64,000 nt of DNA from Euglena gracilis (Eukaryota), in contig CP154954.1 in the NCBI GenBank assembly GCA_039621445.1, forward strand, positions 48,649,847-48,713,846. Direction: 5' to 3'. A program made the position numbers and the translations under genes. Below, piece after piece: positions 52,901 to 63,874 of this stretch (within the stretch, counting starts at the first letter, position 1; each line of letters opens with the position of its first letter). The notes under the pieces are model-generated. The model saw nothing but the letters and a program-made list of their open reading frames with translations, was not told the origin of the DNA and did no database searches.

Positions 52901-55900
52901 GCATTGGTGGACCACCCAAGTCCAACAGTGAAACGTATGCTTTGCTAAGCCCAGGTGTATTTCTCGCAGCAAAATATGTTGTGTTTCTGCTTTTGGCGTG
53001 AGACAAATCTTTGGACCACATCGAGCTGTTTGTTTGTTTGTTTGTTTTTCGACGCATAAATTGAAGCATATGGTCCAGTCTCTGAGTTATGGTTGCCGGT
53101 TTAGTCGTAGTCCCTTCACTGTCCCTTCCCTCACCACACAGGTCCATCACCACTGGATACTTCAAGGTTGCCCAGTGTCGTGCACGCCCTTTTGGCCAAG
53201 ACCCGGTCCACACCCATGCTTACCCGAGCCCTGCTGCTGTGAAAGAAACGGGTGCCGTGTTTCATTTAAACTTGTTCGTCCGGCAAATCCCCCTTGCTGC
53301 GCAATGGTGTGCTGCCGTCAAGGGCTCCCGTCAGCCCTGCCGAGGCCCCGCTGGATTTCCAGTTTGTGAAGGATTACTTGCCAGGGTTCGCTTCAGGGAA
53401 CTATCTGTGGAGGCTTCTTCTTTTTTTTCCAACTCAGAAGACCCCCCCCCCCGGGTCTGAGGCCGGACCCCCCTTCCCAGGCCATAGGCCGGCTTTGGCA
53501 AGAAGTGCTGGAAAAATTTTGTGAACCAAGGACGGATATTGGATATCGGCCCATACGGGTTTATCGAAAACCTTGAATTTATCGGGTCCCGAAAAAAATA
53601 TCATGAAATATCGGCTTTATTTGGGGGGGGGGGTAACGCACTTTTCTTGTTTTTTGGGGGCGATTTTTGGATTCTCCAAATCATAAAAATGAGGCTATCG
53701 GGGCACAAAATGATCATATCAGTTTATTGACTTTTATCGAGATATTGGGGGTGCCAGTCTATCCAAATTTATCGGGACCCCCCCCCTAAAACCAATATCA
53801 ATATCCATCCTTGAGTGAATTGCTTTCAGATGGCCCGATTTTGTGGGGAGGGGCAGGCTGGGTGGGTGGGGGCAACCCCCGGGGCCAGAAAAAGACGCTT
53901 GGTCTGTGGAATCTTTGGCAGGTCTGGTGGTCTGAGCCAGTCGGGAGTGACCCCCTGCCCCCACTCCAGCTTGGAAAAGCTGACCCAGCCCGAGAAGTGG
54001 ACCATCGACACCCTGACCAGCATCGCCAAGGACGCCATGGATGATCATGCCAAGGAGATTGTGTATGCAATTGAAAGGTATGATGTGGATGTGAATATGT
54101 ATGAGAGATTTTAGCGTCGAATGCTAAACCCGCCCCCAAATGATAACCCCCCCAAATAACCCCCCCCCCCCCCCCAGGACCAACGTCAGCCACCCAAGTA
54201 ATAAACCCTCCTCTCTTGCAGCTGTGAAGGCGTTAAAAAAAGGGAAAAAGCAGCAGAGATGTTGCAAAAAGAATCACAAAAATGGATGAAATCGGTGCAG
54301 AAAATATGCAAAAAAGAACCAATTTTTTCAAAAAGGACCAACAATTCCGAAAATGTGACCATTGGAGCCTCTGGAGGGGTTTTTGGGTCGATTTTTGACT
54401 TCGAATTCCCCCCCAAATAATGGGCCCCCCAAATAATTACCCCCCCCCCTAGACCCACCCAGACTTCGAGTGTCCAAATAATAATTCACCAAGGGGGGGT
54501 TATATTTTGGGGCGGTTTACATGGCACCTGGTCTTTTCAATGTCGCTGCCTGTGTTGGGGGCCCGGGGGGGGGGGGAGGGAGTCCAGGCAAAAAATTGTC
54601 AGTCGCCCTGAAAAAACCAGTCACCCACCCCTCGGGGGGTCAGCCTGTGACTAAGCGCTTGTAAGCTCCCAACACAAATGTATGTTTTTTATTGCCGGAG
54701 TTGGATTGATCGACACAAAAAACACATAAACAGTAGTCAAAAGAATCTTAAATTTCAAAAACTGGCTGGTTTCAATAAAATTTTGAGGGAGGGTTTGGTG
54801 CATTAGGTGTATTATCAGATATGGTGAAACAGCACCAAAAGCTGTTGTCCATCTCCTTTCAGCTTCTTGGAAATATTTTATCACAAATCTATTTTCTTTT
54901 GATCTGAAGGTCCCTCTATCTCAGACGGCCTTTTCACCAAAGAAGTCCCTGGACCGTCAGCATTCCAGGAACTGGCGGTGCTCGGAGAAAAGAAACAAGC
55001 CCGGAACAACATGTACACACCGCACAACACGATCGCGCGCATATGCGCACTTCCTCGTGCCCACCCATGCACAATCTGACCCCCCCCAATCGCGCACATA
55101 TGCGCTTGATGTGACGAATCGCGCACATGTGCGCACAATCTGATCCCTCCAGTATGGTGTGTGTCTTGGTGCTGGGAAAGAGGGGGGGTCGGCAAAAGAC
55201 CACAAAAGTGACGTTGTGGTGAAGGACCCGGAAATTTTTTTTGACCTGTTTTTCACATTTGTGGTCAAAATTCCTTTGGATTCCAGAGTGACCCACGCCA
55301 CTTTTTTCGGAACACCAGTCAGTCACTACGATCAGCCACCTGGGAGGGCTGACTGGTTTTTGAAGCAGAAGTGATTCCCGGGGGTCAGAAATAATTGTAT
55401 GGTTGAGAGATGGCTGGTTTGCACTTTTTCTTGCCGTCAAGAACCTCTTTGTTGATCCGAACAGGAGGATCTACAGCGCAACTGGTGATGCTAAATTGGC
55501 CGCTTGGTATCTGTTGGATTCCATTGCAAAGAACGTTGGTGGAGTCTATGTGAACCGATTCGCTGAGCATTTACCCAAAATGGCCTGCCGGAATATGCAA
55601 ATCACTGGTGTCATTCCTCCCTTTCATCCTCCCTTGTTTGTGATACCACCCTCTTTCACCAGGGTGTCTTCCACTGATTCTTCCGAAAGAGCATTGCCAT
55701 TTATAATCCCCGTCTCTGAATTAAAGTGCTGGTGCATTGATGGCAGACCGCCGCTTTCAGCAGCGGGAGTTGTGTTTCTATTTTTTTGGACCTGTTTGAT
55801 ACCTTTTTTGGACCTGTTTGATTTCTGTTTATTTCTGGAGGCTTCCCATTAAAATTGGGGGTGCGCGTGCGGTGGACCGGACCGAGGGCGGACTTGTGGT

Positions 55901-58036
55901 GGTCCCACGCATCTATTGGTTCCACAATATTGGGAAATATCTTTTTTTAGGGAAGCAAACAGGGCACCAAGGTTTTCCACATTGCCAAAGAACAGGTACC
56001 AAGAGGGCCAGGGTCAGTAGGAGAGCTGTCCAGAGGTCTTTCCGGGGTGACATCTCTGTGCCACCGCAGGGTCCAATCAGCAGAAGTATGCAAAACTCCT
56101 GCGGACGTGGGCGGAGATGGCCGTCTTCCCTCCGGAGGTCTTCCAACGCATCAAGGAGGAGGCAGCTCGGGCAGCCCAGCAGGAGAAAGAGAAGAAAAGT
56201 CGGGAGCGTGGACGGCAAGGAAACGAAGAGGCCTTTTGCCAGACAGGTCCATCGTCGCTCCTCACACGCTTTGGGCACGCCACATCAAGCTGAATTCAGG
56301 GGGGAGTGTGCGGCAAAAATGCCACAAAAAGCGGAGTTTTTTTTTGCCAAGCCAACCTCACAAATGATTGAACAATTATCAAGGTGGGGTTGCAAGATTT
56401 TTTCTGCATGGTTGCCACAGAAAGACAGCAATGTCAGTTTCATATCCATGAATATCCATACTAGGGATACCAGGGATCCCCCATCTTCCCAAAGTCGGAC
56501 GAACGATTGGTGTGCAATGTCTTCATTTCCAAGTGGATAAACCCACCATTCATGAACCCCTGGGGTTGGTGGGATCTGGTTTGGTTTATCAGCCAAAGGG
56601 ACAAAGGGCCAAAGGGCCAACAGTTCTTTACATCAAGGAATTGTTGAAAGCAGATCTCCAAAATCAGATCCCCCAAAACGATCCAATACACCCTTCCAAA
56701 TCCCCATTTCCCCCAAAATTTCAAGAATGGGGGGGGGTGTAGACACACACCACACACACAAATATATAGATATAGACACACACACAGACACCACACACCA
56801 CACACACACAGGAGACATAGAGAAGAAGAGAGAGCAATAGAGATAGATATAGAGGAGCGAGAGAGAGAAGTCGATAGAGAGAGACAGAGATGAAAGAGAG
56901 AGATAGCGAGAGAGAGTGAGAGAGAGAGAGAGAGAGATACTGAGAGAGAGGCGTAGATAGGGAGAGAGAGAAGAGGGATATATCAGTTATATATAGATGA
57001 GAGATATATATTATGATTCTATATTTATATATAGATATATATAGCTGATATATTCTATATTATATATATATATAGATATATAAATATATATATATATATC
57101 TATATTCTATATATATATATTATATATATATATATAATATATATATATATATCTATGGCAGGCGGGTAGCAGGGAGGCCCCCCCGGGGGGGCCTTGCTAC
57201 CCACGACCCTGCACTGGGGTGTGGGGTTACTGAAGGAGTGGGGTTTGGGTCCCGGCTGGCCGGCCTCTCCAGGACGCACATCCCCTCCCCACAATGTTTG
57301 GCCTCTGCCACGCGTGGCCCCCCAGGACTGAACATTGCCACTGTTGGGGGTCACCACACAGGGATGGGCAAATCCCTGTGGGGGCCGACCGTTGGCGGCT
57401 TTATATTTCTTCCCTGCGGTCTGCCGCCTTTGGGAATCGCAACATGCACAAGGGGAGGCAGCTCGGGCAGCCGGGGGGGGGGGGGGCAAGGACGGAGAGG
57501 CCGGCCAGCCGGGACCCACCGCTCCTCACGCGCTTGGGCACACACCAATTCAGGGTGTGGGTAGCAGGGCACAAATGCCCCCTGCTAAGCCACATATATC
57601 AAGGTGGTGTGTGTGTGTGTTTTGTGTGTGTGTGTGTGTGTTGGTGTGTGTCATGTGTGTGTATGTGTGTGTGTGTGTGTGTTGGTCTTGGTGTGTGTGT
57701 GTGTGTGTGTGTGTGTGTGGTGTGTTGTGGGTGTGTGTGTGTGTGGTATGTTTGGTTGTGTGTGTGTGTGTGTGTGTGTGGTGTGTATTATTTGTGTGTT
57801 GTTGTTGTGTGTGTCTTGTGTGTTGTGTTGTGTGTTGTGTTGTGTGTGTGTGTATATATATGTGTGTGTTGTGTGTGTGTGGGTGGGGGGTGGGTGGGGG
57901 GGGGGAGTGTGTGTGTGTGTGGGGGTGTGTGAGTGTGTGTTTGTGTGGGTGTGTGTGTGTGGGTGTGTGTGTGTGTGGGTGTGTGTGTGTGTGTGTGTGT
58001 GTGTTGGGTTGGTGGGGTTTTTTGTGTGTGTTTTTG

Positions 58037-58067
<31 letters not shown>

Positions 58068-58112
58068 GTGTGTGGGGGGTGTGGGGGGGTGTGTTTTTGT
58101 GTTGTGTGTGTG

Positions 58113-58172
<60 letters not shown>

Positions 58173-61100
58173 ATGTATGTATGTATGTATGTATGTATGT
58201 ATGTATGTATGTATGTATGTATGTATGGCATCTGTGATTCAGGATCCGTGCTTATCCTGAATTGGATAACTCTGGATAACTACAGATAAGAACGGAGATG
58301 TGCGAAACCCGAAATACGGATGACCACGGATTAACTACGGATAAATATGGATATGTATGGATAAATGTGGATAATTATGGATATGGGGTCTGGCATAACT
58401 GAGGAGGGCTTTTGACTGAGAGGACGGGAGGTGTTTCATGTATCGTGCACATCAGCATTTGGATGCCAGTCAAATTCTTTTGATTGGTATTTGGACGTCT
58501 CAGAAGTTGCATTTAATCCGCCTTTTCTCATTGCATTTCATTGCAGTTTTTTTGGGGTGTTTGGCCCAGTCAATAACCTCCCCCCTAAAAAGTGCACGGG
58601 TGCGCGTATTTTTAGGACATAGTTTCGTACCCTGCAGGGGTGCGTGCACTCATTGGGGCACTGCTCACGGCAAGGCACAAAATACTAAATTTTCCACCAC
58701 TCTTTTTCAGTTTTTCCTATTCTTGTGATGTCAAGCAATGAGTCAGGTGATTATGTGTCAAATTTGGGCTCAGATGATAGAAGTATTTGGTCTGAGGAAG
58801 ACAGTATTGAGAAAAAACGTAAAGTCAGCATAATTGTGTGTGCTCTGACCTGATGTGGCAACAGTTTCTCCTTGGGGGGCATGCACTTTTTAGGGAGGTA
58901 GTTTGGGACCCTTTGGTGGTGCGCATTAATTGGGGCACTGCGCATAATTAGGGCACTGTGCACTTATCAGGGGGGTTACAAGCGCTTTTGCAATTACAAA
59001 TAATTACAGATAATTATGGACAACTATGGATGATTATGGATGAGGATTTGACCCCCAACGATGGATAAGCACCAACCCCTGTGTGTGTGTGTGTGTTATT
59101 TTCACAAAGTCTCAAAATGCTGTTATATGTTTCATATATGATTAGCAGGGCTCAGCTTGTTGAATGTGGGGCGGGTGTTTCATAGGACCGGGCTTGCTGC
59201 AAAAATTTCTTTTTGACGTACCCCCTCCCCCTAAATGAACCCCCTGCCCCACTGTTTCTCTGATTTGAGATTCATTGTTGCTCGTTCATGTTTCAGTTGT
59301 CTTCCAATAATGGCAGATCTGTGAAGGTTTTGAATTGCAGATTACATCTTTCAATGTAACATTCTGCTTTTTTTTTATGCGACCTTCAGAGCATGCAGCT
59401 CATGACACTGAGCCAGTTGGAGCAGCTCGCATGCAGCATTCTCCTCCACGAGATCGTATGTTCTTTTGCTTTCCAGTTGAAGTTTTTATCCATTTTCCCT
59501 TGTTTTGGAGGTTTTCCAGTTGCATTGGTGGCAACTAAAGATGAGAATGCATGCTTTGAAGAAAATGTCCTTGTCTCATACTGTATGTGATGATTTGACT
59601 AAAAGGTTCAAAAGTGGTCTTCTGTTTTTTTTTTATTGGGGCAACCGGATGACCCAAAATGTTATCTCGTGATTTTGATGTGTGTCACAGAATACTCTTT
59701 TGCAAATGATTTCTGAATGGATACCGCCCTTTTTTGTTACGTATGTCAGCTAGAACCAGGCCCGACCAGGGTCCAACCGGATCTACAAAATTAGCTTTGC
59801 AAAAAGGCCATCTCCCAAAACCCTTTATGCTTCTGTTCATCAATGCCGTAAATATGTTAACAGACAGGGTTGAATCACATAACTCTTGCCCCGGGACAGG
59901 CGCCTTTTCGCTGAATGGGGCAACTCTTTTCAGGGCCCCAACCCCACCCTCCCGACGACCTCGTCAGTCTGGCGTCGACGTTGCCGAAACCCCCAGAGGA
60001 CCTTGTGGCCTGGCTGTGGCACAGGATTCTCTGCCAGAAACCTGCCACCGCCTTGCTGTGTATGAGGTCCGACACGTCATCGTTGGAATGACCAACTTCC
60101 AATTGCATCTTCGCCTTTGAGAGAGGCCATCAATTCTCCCAACTGATGTGTGATCGCTGGGTGCAATGCACGTGGAGGATTTGGCCGCCGTTGACATTGC
60201 TGGGCCGCATTGCCAGTGCCAAACCTCCGGCGAGTCAGAGCACAGAACGTTCCGAACGCTGTTGCATTCCGGGTCGCCCACTCCGTTTGGTGTGCCCCGG
60301 CTTGCCCCGGCCCTGGTGGACGAGGGCGCGCCCACCCTTGGCACGGCCCCACCGCTGCCCCCCATGCCACCCCCACCCGCCGCCTTCCGGAGCGAGGGCC
60401 TGGGGCCCACCCCGCCCCGCCCAGCCTGGCCTCTGGTGGCAAACAGGAAGCCTTGGCTGCGACCGGCCGCTGCCTCCCCCCAGCCTGCAAGACTACGGAG
60501 CACCACTCCCACCGACGCCTCCCCCCCTGCCCCCGGGTCCCCCAGTGCACCTCTCAGTGCAGCACCGTTCAGGCAATCTGGGCCAATCTGGGTTGGTGGG
60601 TTCCCAGTCAAAAAACAGTGTTTTCCAGTTCAACGCATGGCAAGCCAAGCTGTGGTGGCACCGCCATCCAATGGACAAGAATTACGGCTTTTGCTCAGAA
60701 AGTGGACGTTCGTTTGCTGCGAGGGAGAAAGTCCGCATCTTTCCCTATTCTCAACCTCCCCCCCCCACATCTGGCTTCTCCTGTGCCTTGTGCCTCCCTC
60801 CGACCCCGGCGGCCTGCGACGCCCCTCGCCATTTGCTGTCGGGGACGGGGCCCTCCCGCTCCCCCCGGTTCCGCCCCCCTCCTCCTCCCTGCTGGCGGTT
60901 GACCCCGAGCTGGCCCTGCTGCAGGAGCGGCACCGCCCGGGACATTGCCAAAGGGGACGCCGTGTACCCAGTGGTGGGTGGGCTCCCAACGGACTCTGGA
61001 GGAACCCTCCTTCGCCCTGAACTGCTTGTTTTTCCCCCCCAAAATGCACCACCGACGCAGTGTGCCTCAGACACCCCTGGGTTTTTTGCAGAAATGGCAT

Positions 61101-63530
61101 TGGTTGATGTTTGCCCGCAGGCGGGCAAACATCATTGCCGAGGGCGCACGTTACCGGGACTCAGAGACGTTGCAGGGACTTGGGGGCTGGCCCTTTTTTT
61201 TTGGCTTGTAAGACCCCCTCCCCTGTGCGCGCGCATGTTCACTCACCACACGGAACACACCCGGCCAGATGCGAAGACCGCACTGGCATTAAAAAAATGA
61301 ACAAACATGAAACCTTTTTTGCATCAAAAGGGGGTCCGGAGCCAGGCTGGGTGGGGAACCCCTGGGGAAGGCTTCAAAAGAAGCCTGCTGGGGGGTACGG
61401 GTTGTGGTGGAACGCGACGCCCTGGCGCCGCCTACAGCTTCTCCAGCTGGAGAGGGAGAGGGACGAGCTGCAGCGCCGCGTGGCGGACGCCGAAATGCGG
61501 CGGAGTGGCGTGCGGCGGCTGACCGAAGACCGCAGACCCGCCCCCAAGGCCGCCAACCCTCCTCCGCGCGAAGAAGAGGTGTGGCGGCATGGGCCAGCCA
61601 GGCATGTTGCCCACCGCACATCCATGCCATGTGAACATTGGGGTTGGGGGAAGGGCAAAGCCCACTGTTTCATGTCCTCTGTATTTGAGAGGGGCTAACA
61701 GCCCAAGTAGATTACCAGTCTTCGTTCTGAAAGGGGTGGAAAGTGTTTTGATTTTATCTCAATGGTGAGGTTAGCAATGTGGATTGGTGTGGATTGGGAT
61801 GGATTAGTTTGGATTGAGTTTGCATCGGTGATGGGCATCTCTTTTGAATTTATCATTTTCATTTTTTATCATATTCATATTTATCATTATTATTGTTTGT
61901 TTTTATTACAGTTTTTTTTTGTAGCTTTTGAATTTTTTTGTTTTTTTGTTGTATGAACTGTATGAATTGTATTCGCTTTCTCCCAGACTGTGGACCGCAT
62001 CATGGCTGCGCCTTTGGAAGAAATGCAGCCACCTCTACCACCAGTGCCTCCTTGCCAGGCTTTTCCTCCTGTTCTCTTTGGTGTCAAACTCCATGCCAAA
62101 ACCCGGCAATGTGTTCACCCCCCCAGAGCTGACCCTGAGCCCCTTGGGTGGTGTATGAAGGGGGTTGTCCATTGAATATCCATTAGTGGGTGGGGTGGGT
62201 TGGACTCCCCCCACACCAGGTTTTCTTTTTTCTTTTCAAAGCTTTCAACGGGTATCCTTCAGATGCCTTCAGTACCGAAGGAATTTGTCCTTGCGAGCTG
62301 GCATACCCACCATGTGGCCCTGCCCCCCTGCCTGCCCACCAGTTGGAGGGCAGGCACAACACTTAGGGTATCCCGGTCCACTGGCTGACACGCGGCAGGG
62401 CAACCCCCCCTTTCTTTTCCAGGAATTCCTGGCTGGGTGGGCCCCACGGCCGCAACCAAACCGCAGTGCCCAGTTTTCTGCACGTTCGGGTTCTCCCGCG
62501 CCGAATTCGCATCAAAGTCCCCCCCCCCTGATGGTGTCGGAGTGCTGTTTCACAAACAAAAGCCTGCCCTCGGCCCGCCCCCACTGCCCGCCACCGCCCC
62601 GCCCAGCAGCGGCGGCATGCAGATCCGGCTGAAGACCGAGGACTTGACGCAGCTACACACCGAAGAACGCGCAGCGGCGGTGGAGGTGGAGATGCGCGTC
62701 ATCCCCAGCATTGAAGGTGCTGGCCCATGAGTTCCACTCCGCACTCCCTCTGTCTGGTTTGAGCAATCTTTGTCCAACAATCCAGTTCAAGGCAAATTCT
62801 CCAATTTGACATAGTTTCGATCAAAATTTGTTTTTTCTGATTTTTGTGAACACTCATCCAAAATTTTGGGGAAAAATTACCGCCCCTGCCAAGAGCTGGC
62901 TCCCCTCTTCTGTGGAGTCAGGGTTTTTTTTTAGTCTTGGACCCTGGGGGGGGGGGCAGGGGGGGTGGGTCTGGCTGAGCCCCCTCCCCCCCGGGGGGGG
63001 GGTCCCCCCAGGGGGTGGGATATACTTTTCGGCGCCAAAGGCACCGAAATTTTTTGAAAGAGGTGCCTTTTTTTAGCATTTTTGTTATTTTTTTGGCCTT
63101 TTCAGGGAAAAGTGGGTTGGGTCCCCCAACCCCCCCCCCCGGCCAGGGGGTGGGCGGGTGGGGGGGGGACCCCCCCTCCCCCCAGTCTTAAAAAAAACCC
63201 CTGGGTGGAGTGATCATGGTTGACAAAAGCAAACAGGGCATTTAGCCATTGTGCATGTATTATGTGCCCATCACATCCCTCTGTTACGGCTTACACCGAA
63301 AGGTGGCTGCCGTTTTCCCTGGGGAAAAAGACAGACTACGTGGCGATGCACACGCGGTCCCTTCTCTCTCAGTGGGCAATCCCCGGCCCGTTGCCTGGCC
63401 ATTCGCGGAGGGGGCTGGGGCCAGTGCCCCCCAGCCAGCCCCGCCCCCGCCGCCCCCGCCCCCGCCTGCCGCCCCGGCGCTGTTCAGCGGGCCACCCCCG
63501 GACACCCCAGACCAGCAGCAGTGCCACCTT
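49937..63530 (+). CDS. PCF11: Pcf11-like CTD-interacting-domain (CID) protein, multi-exon, 3' end unresolved
   Basis: Exons ...-53378, 53963-54077, 55465-55607 and 56070-56246 splice to DFQFVKDY|YSSLEKLTQPEKWTIDTLTSIAKDAMDDHAKEIVYAIER|RIYSATGDAKLAAWYLLDSIAKNVGGVYVNRFAEHLPKMACRNMQITG|SNQQKYAKLLRTWAEMAVFPPEVFQRIKEE. This matches the Pcf11 CID pattern (SSLE.LT; KL..WYLLDSI.KNVG; L..TW...F). Upstream in-frame GT-AG exons: 49937-49957, 50011-50154, 51111-51462, 51522-~51592 (link to the CID inferred). Downstream exons: ~59390-59455, 59934-~59990, ~60315-60440, 60897-60934, 61430-61578 (coiled coil), 61987-62100, 62458-62716, ~63300-63530. Confidence 0.75.
52197..52526. mobile_element. MITE with GGGGATGCCGA TIR and 3-bp TSD (AAA); PIF/Harbinger-like geometry
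   Basis: GGGGATGCCGACACACGGTGTGCGGCACA vs TGTGCCGCACACCGTGCTTCGGCATCCCC; AAA on both sides. Confidence 0.75.
53379..53962 (+). other. Nonconventional intron within the CID
   Basis: tgc-CAGGGTTCGCTTC ... GGAGTGACCCCCTG-ccccc; removal yields GAT TAC T|AC TCC AGC TTG GAA (DYYSSLE), the conserved CID start. Confidence 0.85.
53527..53813. mobile_element. MITE (TIR CAAGGA.GGATATTG) nested in the nonconventional intron 53379-53962
   Basis: CAAGGACGGATATTGGATATCGG vs CCAATATCAATATCCATCCTTG; internal TATCGG repeats. Confidence 0.7.
54078..55464 (+). other. Conventional GT-AG intron within the CID
   Basis: GAAAG|GTATGA ... GAACAG|GAGGATC gives IER-RIYS in frame. Confidence 0.85.
56743..57152. repeat. 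Compound degenerate (CA)n/(AG)n/(TA)n microsatellite
   Basis: Direct inspection. Confidence 0.9.
57606..58227. repeat. Degenerate (TG)n plus (TATG)n microsatellite
   Basis: Direct inspection. Confidence 0.95.
58240..59081. mobile_element. MITE with CAGG...GTGCTTATCC TIRs and degenerate GGATAA(C/T)TA(C/T) 10-mer arrays; carries a nested MITE (~58521-58979)
   Basis: CAGGATCCGTGCTTATCC vs GGATAAGCACCAACCCCTG; 10-mers near both ends; no clear TSD. Confidence 0.6.
60935..61429 (+). other. Nonconventional intron
   Basis: gcc-CGGG ... CCCTG-gcgcc; joins LALLQERH|RLQLLQLERERDELQRR, a continuous coiled coil. The exact position slides within a CCGCC direct repeat. Confidence 0.75.
62101..62457 (+). 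other. Nonconventional intron (CGG/CCG variant)
   Basis: acc-CGGCAATGTG ... CACGGCCG-caacc; phase-0 junction LHAK|KPQCP. Confidence 0.55.
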
Positions 63531-63874
63531 CAGGTGCCAGAGCTCTCCAAATTCCCTTTGCACTGTTCAGGGAATCAACGTAATAGAAATGATCACTTGC
63601 GTTGGGAGGGGTTGGTGAGTCGCCCAGCCAGTTGGTCTGACGGGTGGGGGTTTCTGGTGATAAAACCACTCATATGTGTACAACTCATATTGCATGTGGA
63701 TGTCGTTGTTCAACAACAAAACAAACAAAACTCTTTAATTGGCTTACAAAGCCTTCCAAAACAAGCTCAAATGGTGCCAAAGCCTTCAAAAAATCACTCC
63801 AAATGAAGAGAAAAATAGGTAAAGCTTGTGGATGGCGTCGGGGCAGAGGTTTTTTTGTTTTTGGGGGTCGGGAT

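Noticed and set aside
60146-61300. 384-aa ORF
   Set aside because: GC-rich off-frame overlap; the coding-like exons lie in the 60166 frame and need splicing.
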